Shown here piece by piece: positions 59,415 to 64,000 of a DNA stretch of 64,000 bases. This stretch comes from Candidatus Sumerlaeia bacterium (GTDB taxonomy: Bacteria > Sumerlaeota > Sumerlaeia > SLMS01 > JANRJK01), in NCBI GenBank assembly GCA_033764015.1, contig JANRJK010000013.1:224001-288000 (forward strand), read 5' to 3'. The stretch's first letter is position 1; each line of letters begins with the position of its first letter. The notes beneath the pieces were generated by a model, which worked only from the letters and a program-made list of their open reading frames with translations, had not been told where the DNA came from and did not search any database. Made by a program: the position numbers and the translations under genes.

Positions 59415-62061
59415 GGTCGCTCCTGCGTTTCGGTTTGTCCTTCGCGGGGTCCGGCTCGGCGCCGAGCGCTTGCAGCAGCCGCCGGCGCAGGCGCTCCTGG
59501 AGCACCGGGTCCGTCAGCTTGTTCGAGTCCCAACCGGTCACGTAGAACACGTCCGCGACGCGGTAGCTCTCCGTGGAAATCAGCGCCAGCTCCACCGACA
59601 GCCCGCAGTCGTTGAGCGCGCACGCAAGGCTGTAGAGCAACCGGGGCCGGTCCGCCGCGAACACCTCGACCACCGTGTACTGCGGGCTCACCTCGTTATC
59701 GATCTTGATCTCCGGCTGGATGTCGCGGAGCGGCTCCCGCACCGGACCGCCCCGGCGCAGCGCCCCCCAGTCCTCCTCCGCGTTCGCCTCGATCACGGCG
59801 TTCAGCTTCGCCTCGAGCCGCTCCACCACGTCCGCGTCCAGCGAGGCGCGCTTCGGCGCGTGCAACTGGAACACGTCGATGCAGATGCCCGCGTTCCCGG
59901 TGTACACTTGGGCGGCGTGGATGTTCGCCCGCAGCCCCGCGATCGCCCCGCAGAGGTTCACGAAGAGCCCCGGCACATCGTCCGCGACGCACAGCAGCTC
60001 GAACGCGCCTCCGGTCCCGAGCGGCGATAGCCGCAGCAGCGCCTTCTTCGACGAGGCGTGCAGCTCCGCGGCGAGCGCCGCGTGCCTCGCCATCGCCTCC
60101 GGCGGCGTCGTCGAGCGGTAGCGCGACGGCATATCCTCCAGGAACTGCGCCACCTCCCGCCGCGTCCGGTCCGGAGCGCCTTCCCCGAAGTGGCTCAGCA
60201 CCTTCTCCACCAGCTCGCCCGGCGGCAGCGGCTCCGGCGACGGGTGCATGCCGCTCAGCGCCTTCCGCGTGGCGACGTACAGCGCGTGGAGCTGCGCCGC
60301 CCGCCACTCGTTCCACCCCGACGAGGAGACCGCGCTCAGGTCGCACGCCGTGTGCACGAACAGCATCCGCAGCACCTCCGGGTCGTTCACCTGCCCCGCC
60401 GCCTCCAGCGCGCTTCCCGGATCCTCCGGGTCGCGCCGCGTGACGAGATGCGTCAGGAGCTGGTGCGTCCCGACCAGCGTGCGCACCACCATCTGCTCGC
60501 GCTTGTTGAGGCCGATGCGCTCGCCGACCTGCTGCGCGAGCTGGGCCCCGCGGACCACATGCCCCTTCCCGAGCCCCTTCGCCACGTCGTGCAGCAGCAG
60601 CGCGAGGTTCAGCAGGTCCCAGCGGAGCACCGAGCGGGCCTCCTCCGCCACGGGACCCTGCGCGAAAACGCCCTGCCCGAGCCGCGCCTCGCGGCTCGAC
60701 CGCACCGCCCGCAGCAGGTGCTCGTCCACCGTGTAGCGGTGGTACTGGTCGATGCGGGGCAGCAGCTCGACCAGCTTGAACTCCGGAAGGTAGGCGCCCA
60801 GCACGCCCCAGCGGTGCATCAGCGCGAGCGCGCGGTCGGCGGACGTCTCGTCGCGCAGCACCGCGAGGAAGCGCTCGCGGTTCGCCGGCGACTCCCGCGC
60901 CGGCGCCATCAGCGCGTCCACCCGCGGGCGCAGGCCGCGCAGCCACGGCGCGTCCACGCGCGCCTTCGCCGACGCCGCCCGGTGGGCGTACTCGATCAGC
61001 AGCCCGGGGTCCGATTCCACCCGCGCCCGCGTCTCCGCGGTGGGGGAGAGCACGCCCCCGCGCTCCTCGAACTGGATGCCATGGATCCAGCGTGGCGCCG
61101 GCGCGGCGCCACGCGCCGGGGGCTCCAGCTCGGCCCGCAGCCACTCCAGCACCCGCTCCATCGCATGGTCCACCTCGCGCGCGTGCCGGTAGTAGCGCCG
61201 CATGAGCGCCTCCTCCGGCAGCGCCTGCTCGCGCGCCTCGAAGCCTAGCCGCGGCGCCGCCACGATCTGGTGCTCCACCGTGAGCTGGTCCTGCTCCCGG
61301 CCCTCCATCAAGTGCAGCTCGTTGCGCACCTCCAGCAGGAAGTCGTGCGCGGCTCCGAGCGCATCGAGCTCTCCGGGCGTGAACGGGTCCTCCGCCGCCC
61401 CCGCCGGCGCCAGGTGCTCCGCGGCCCAGTGGATCGTGTGCAGGTCGCGCAGCGTGCCGCGCGAGTCCTTGAGGTGCGGCTCGATGACGTACGGCGTCTC
61501 CTCGCGCTGCCGCCGGCGCGCGGTCTCATCCAGAAGCGCCTTCAGCAGCCACTCGCGGTGGCGCCCGCGGGCCGTCTCGCGCGCAAGCCTCTCCACCTCC
61601 GCGAAGATGCCCTTCGACCCGTGTAGAAGTCGCGCCCCGAGGAAGCTCGTCGCCGTGTGCAGGTCGGAGTGCAGCAACTGCTCCAGGTCGCGGAGCGTGC
61701 GCTCCGTCCGCCCGAGGGGGATCTTCGCGTCGATCAGCGGGTAGTACAGCTCGCGCACCAGCTCGACGTCGCGCTCCGCCGGCTCAGCACGGAAGACGAG
61801 GCACAGGTCGAGATCGCTGTGGCGGCACGGCTCGCGGCGGGCGGTGCCGCCGGTCGCGACCAGGGCGAAGCGGCGATTGGCGTCCTTGATCCCGAGGCGC
61901 GCGACGGTCGCCTCGACGTGGTCGAGCAGCGCCTCCTCGACCGCCTCGGCGAAAGCGCCGGCGACCTCGCGGCCCGGCTTGCGGCGGTGGTTCTTCGCGA
62001 GCGCGGCCGCCGCCCGCTCCCAACCGCGGACGAAGCCGCCCGCGGCGGCGCGCCGCGTCAT
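59407..62061 (-). CDS. glnD: [Protein-PII] uridylyltransferase
   Basis: NT 'GG..R.E...SDLDL', 'EPHLK..RG.LRD', 'YHRYTVDEH', HD 'LLHDVAKG', two ACT domains ('D.PGLF', 'DRPRLL', 'DVFYV'). Confidence 0.85.
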   Translation of the reverse strand: MTRRAAAGGFVRGWERAAAALAKNHRRKPGREVAGAFAEAVEEALLDHVEATVARLGIKDANRRFALVATGGTARREPCRHSDLDLCLVFRAEPAERDVELVRELYYPLIDAKIPLGRTERTLRDLEQLLHSDLHTATSFLGARLLHGSKGIFAEVERLARETARGRHREWLLKALLDETARRRQREETPYVIEPHLKDSRGTLRDLHTIHWAAEHLAPAGAAEDPFTPGELDALGAAHDFLLEVRNELHLMEGREQDQLTVEHQIVAAPRLGFEAREQALPEEALMRRYYRHAREVDHAMERVLEWLRAELEPPARGAAPAPRWIHGIQFEERGGVLSPTAETRARVESDPGLLIEYAHRAASAKARVDAPWLRGLRPRVDALMAPARESPANRERFLAVLRDETSADRALALMHRWGVLGAYLPEFKLVELLPRIDQYHRYTVDEHLLRAVRSSREARLGQGVFAQGPVAEEARSVLRWDLLNLALLLHDVAKGLGKGHVVRGAQLAQQVGERIGLNKREQMVVRTLVGTHQLLTHLVTRRDPEDPGSALEAAGQVNDPEVLRMLFVHTACDLSAVSSSGWNEWRAAQLHALYVATRKALSGMHPSPEPLPPGELVEKVLSHFGEGAPDRTRREVAQFLEDMPSRYRSTTPPEAMARHAALAAELHASSKKALLRLSPLGTGGAFELLCVADDVPGLFVNLCGAIAGLRANIHAAQVYTGNAGICIDVFQLHAPKRASLDADVVERLEAKLNAVIEANAEEDWGALRRGGPVREPLRDIQPEIKIDNEVSPQYTVVEVFAADRPRLLYSLACALNDCGLSVELALISTESYRVADVFYVTGWDSNKLTDPVLQERLRRRLLQALGAEPDPAKDKPKRRSDHA

Positions 62062-62936
62062 GGCGGCGGCGGCGTCGTCCCGGGCGCCGGCGATTCCTCG
62101 CGCGCGTAGAGCGTGATCCCGTGCCGCTCCGCCAGCGCCAGCGCCTCCGCCTGGTCGAAGAACAGCGACTTGCGCGCCGTCACCGCGAGGCCGGTCGCAC
62201 CGATCCGCACGAGGTTCTCCACGGTGCGCAGGCCGATGATCGGCACATCGAACTTCATCGTCTGCGCCGGCTTGCTCACCTTGACGATCGTCACGCCGGG
62301 CCCCGCCAGCTCGCCCGCCCGCTCGATCATGCGGTCCGTGCCCTCCAGCGCTTCCACCGCGATGACGACGCCCTGCTTCACCGCCACCGCCTGGCCGATA
62401 TCGAGCGCCGCGATGCCCTTCGCTGTCCGGTAGCCGAACTCGAAATCGCGCATCTGGTCCTCGGACGGCGCGGGACCCCGCGTCAGGAAGCCCGGCGCGG
62501 GCATCAGGCTCGTCACGAACAGCGTCGAATCCAGCACGCTGAACCCTTCCGACTCCAGCTCGCGCGTGAACGCGCCCAGCACCGTGTCGGCCTTGCGGTT
62601 CGCCAGGTTGCCGAGGATCCGCCGGATGCGCCCGTCGAGCAGCAGCAGCGGATTCAGCAGCACCTCGTGCGGGATGCGCCCCGCCAGCACGAAGTGCCCG
62701 AGCCCGGCGCCGCGCGCCAGCTCCAGCATCGCCGAGATGTTCGACAGCGACACCGTGTGGAACGACTCCGCGGTGTCGCGCAGCTCGCCGTTCTCGTGGT
62801 CCTTCAGGCAGAAGGCGACCACGCCGATCCCCTTCGCCCGCGCCGCCCGCGTGATCAGCACCGGAAAGTCGCCCGTTCCGGCGACCAGTCCAATGCGGTT
62901 CGGCAGCGCGGCGTTCGGCAGCGCCTCCAAGTCCAT
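62058..62936 (-). CDS. lpxI: UDP-2,3-diacylglucosamine pyrophosphatase LpxI
   Basis: 'GLVAGTGDFP', 'DIGQAV', 'AVEALEGTDRMI', 'FDVPIIG'. Confidence 0.9.
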   Translation of the reverse strand: MDLEALPNAALPNRIGLVAGTGDFPVLITRAARAKGIGVVAFCLKDHENGELRDTAESFHTVSLSNISAMLELARGAGLGHFVLAGRIPHEVLLNPLLLLDGRIRRILGNLANRKADTVLGAFTRELESEGFSVLDSTLFVTSLMPAPGFLTRGPAPSEDQMRDFEFGYRTAKGIAALDIGQAVAVKQGVVIAVEALEGTDRMIERAGELAGPGVTIVKVSKPAQTMKFDVPIIGLRTVENLVRIGATGLAVTARKSLFFDQAEALALAERHGITLYAREESPAPGTTPPPP

Positions 62937-62941
62937 GGCCG

Positions 62942-63418
62942 TCAGTCCGCCGCGGCCCCGGAGCCCGCCGGCTCGTGCTTCGCGAACGCGAACAGGATCT
63001 CCGCCGAGGAGATCTCCTTGCCGTCCACCAGGATCCGCGCATCGAGCTGCCCGGTGCGGGAGCGCATCTTCGACACCACTCCCTCGACGTGGAGCACCTG
63101 CCCCGGAAGCGCGGGGCGCCGGAACTTCGCGTTGTTCACGCCCATCAGGTACGCGATCTTCCCCGCGTGCTCCTCCTGCGAAAGCACCCAGACGGCGCCG
63201 AGCTGCGCCATGGTCTCCACCTGCAGCACGCCGGGGTAGACGGCCTGCTGCGGGAAGTGCCCGTTGAACACTTCCTCGTTCACCGTGAGCAGCTTCCTGC
63301 CCCGGACCCCCGCTTCGTCGAGGTGGTCCACCGTGTCGATCAGGAGGAACGGGTAGCGGTGGGGGAGGATCAGCTTGATCGTGTCGGAGCCGAAAGGCGG
63401 CTGGTGTAGGAACTTCAT
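62942..63418 (-). CDS. fabZ: 3-hydroxyacyl-ACP dehydratase FabZ
   Basis: 'LPHRYPFLLID', 'GHFP...PGVL..E.MAQ', 'KFRRP..PG'. Confidence 0.93.
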   Translation of the reverse strand: MKFLHQPPFGSDTIKLILPHRYPFLLIDTVDHLDEAGVRGRKLLTVNEEVFNGHFPQQAVYPGVLQVETMAQLGAVWVLSQEEHAGKIAYLMGVNNAKFRRPALPGQVLHVEGVVSKMRSRTGQLDARILVDGKEISSAEILFAFAKHEPAGSGAAAD

Positions 63419-64000
63419 CTCGGAAGCGAAAGGCTTTCTGCTAGGAATCGGGCGAACCGCACATGGCTGCGGTGCCCAGCGCGCCACGCGCCGACGTGCC
63501 CGCGCAAGGGGCAACCGAGGAGGGCCAGGTCCCCAAGGAGGTCAATCAGCTTATGCCGGGCGGGCTCGTTCGGGTAGTTCAGCCGCCCGTTGTGGAACTT
63601 CTCGCCGTCGAACACCACCGTGTTCGAGAGCGTCGCGCCCTTGCCGTAGCCCGCCGCGCGGAGCATCTCCACCTCCCGCGCGAGCACGAACGTCCTCGCC
63701 TTCGAGACTTCCTTCTCGAAGTCGTCCTCCCCGAGCGTGACCATCGCGCCGCTGCTTCCGACCACCGTGCCGGGGAATTCGACAAACGCGGAAAGGGAAC
63801 ACCGATCCCCCGGCGCGGCCGTCATCAACGCCCCGCCGTCCTGGAACATGAGCGGCTCCTCGATCTCGAGCGCTGGCCACGCGGCGTCCAGCTCGACCGT
63901 CCCCGTCTTCCGGATCCGCTTCAGGAACTCGTAGCAGCCGCCATCCATGAACGGGGGTTCGAGGCCGTCCTGCACCACCAGCGCGTCGGAGACCCCCGCC
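63415..64000 (-). CDS. lpxC: UDP-3-O-acyl-GlcNAc deacetylase LpxC (5' truncated by window edge)
   Basis: 'PPFMDG', 'ARTF', 'NEPARHKLIDLLGDL', 'AGH'. Confidence 0.9.
   Translation of the reverse strand, partial: AGVSDALVVQDGLEPPFMDGGCYEFLKRIRKTGTVELDAAWPALEIEEPLMFQDGGALMTAAPGDRCSLSAFVEFPGTVVGSSGAMVTLGEDDFEKEVSKARTFVLAREVEMLRAAGYGKGATLSNTVVFDGEKFHNGRLNYPNEPARHKLIDLLGDLALLGCPLRGHVGAWRAGHRSHVRFARFLAESLSLPR

Noticed and set aside
59407..63042. Apparent 1211-aa GlnD with a long N-terminal extension
   Set aside because: The extension is an off-frame reading of lpxI; the ATG at 62061 overlapping the lpxI stop gives a normal-sized GlnD.

Overview
Gene-dense, very GC-rich chromosomal window from a Gram-negative (lipid A-making) bacterium, with about 49 supportable CDS. 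I found no rRNA, tRNA, CRISPR array, integrase or transposase. Housekeeping genes: tolB, tnaA, rnr, trxA, nrdR, rex, pyrG, thrS, pyk, glnD, lpxI, fabZ and a partial lpxC. The envelope/glycosylation content is unusually rich: five multi-TM GT-C-like or O-antigen-ligase-like proteins, two GT4 enzymes, an NDP-sugar epimerase and a GmhB-HldC fusion. The most interesting elements are: (i) a divergent signalling locus at 35.7-45.5 kb, with a 1650-aa receptor-like Ser/Thr kinase (exported beta-propeller, TM, TPR array, C-terminal kinase), a Zn-ribbon disordered protein carrying repeated Thr motifs, and a second TPR kinase; (ii) a near-identical 10-residue motif, TRDxATSATL, in two unrelated exported proteins next to the GT-C cluster, a candidate protein O-glycosylation sequon; (iii) a short C-terminal VEDW tail on a secreted enzyme plus atypical pilin/GspG-like proteins, a candidate export/sorting system; (iv) a structured intergenic element at about 10.4-10.6 kb. 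The VEDW tail and the YDPTNG pilin suggest Candidatus Sumerlaeota (BRC1) to me; that is recollection and inference, not a search result. Start codons were chosen by eye and several are uncertain.
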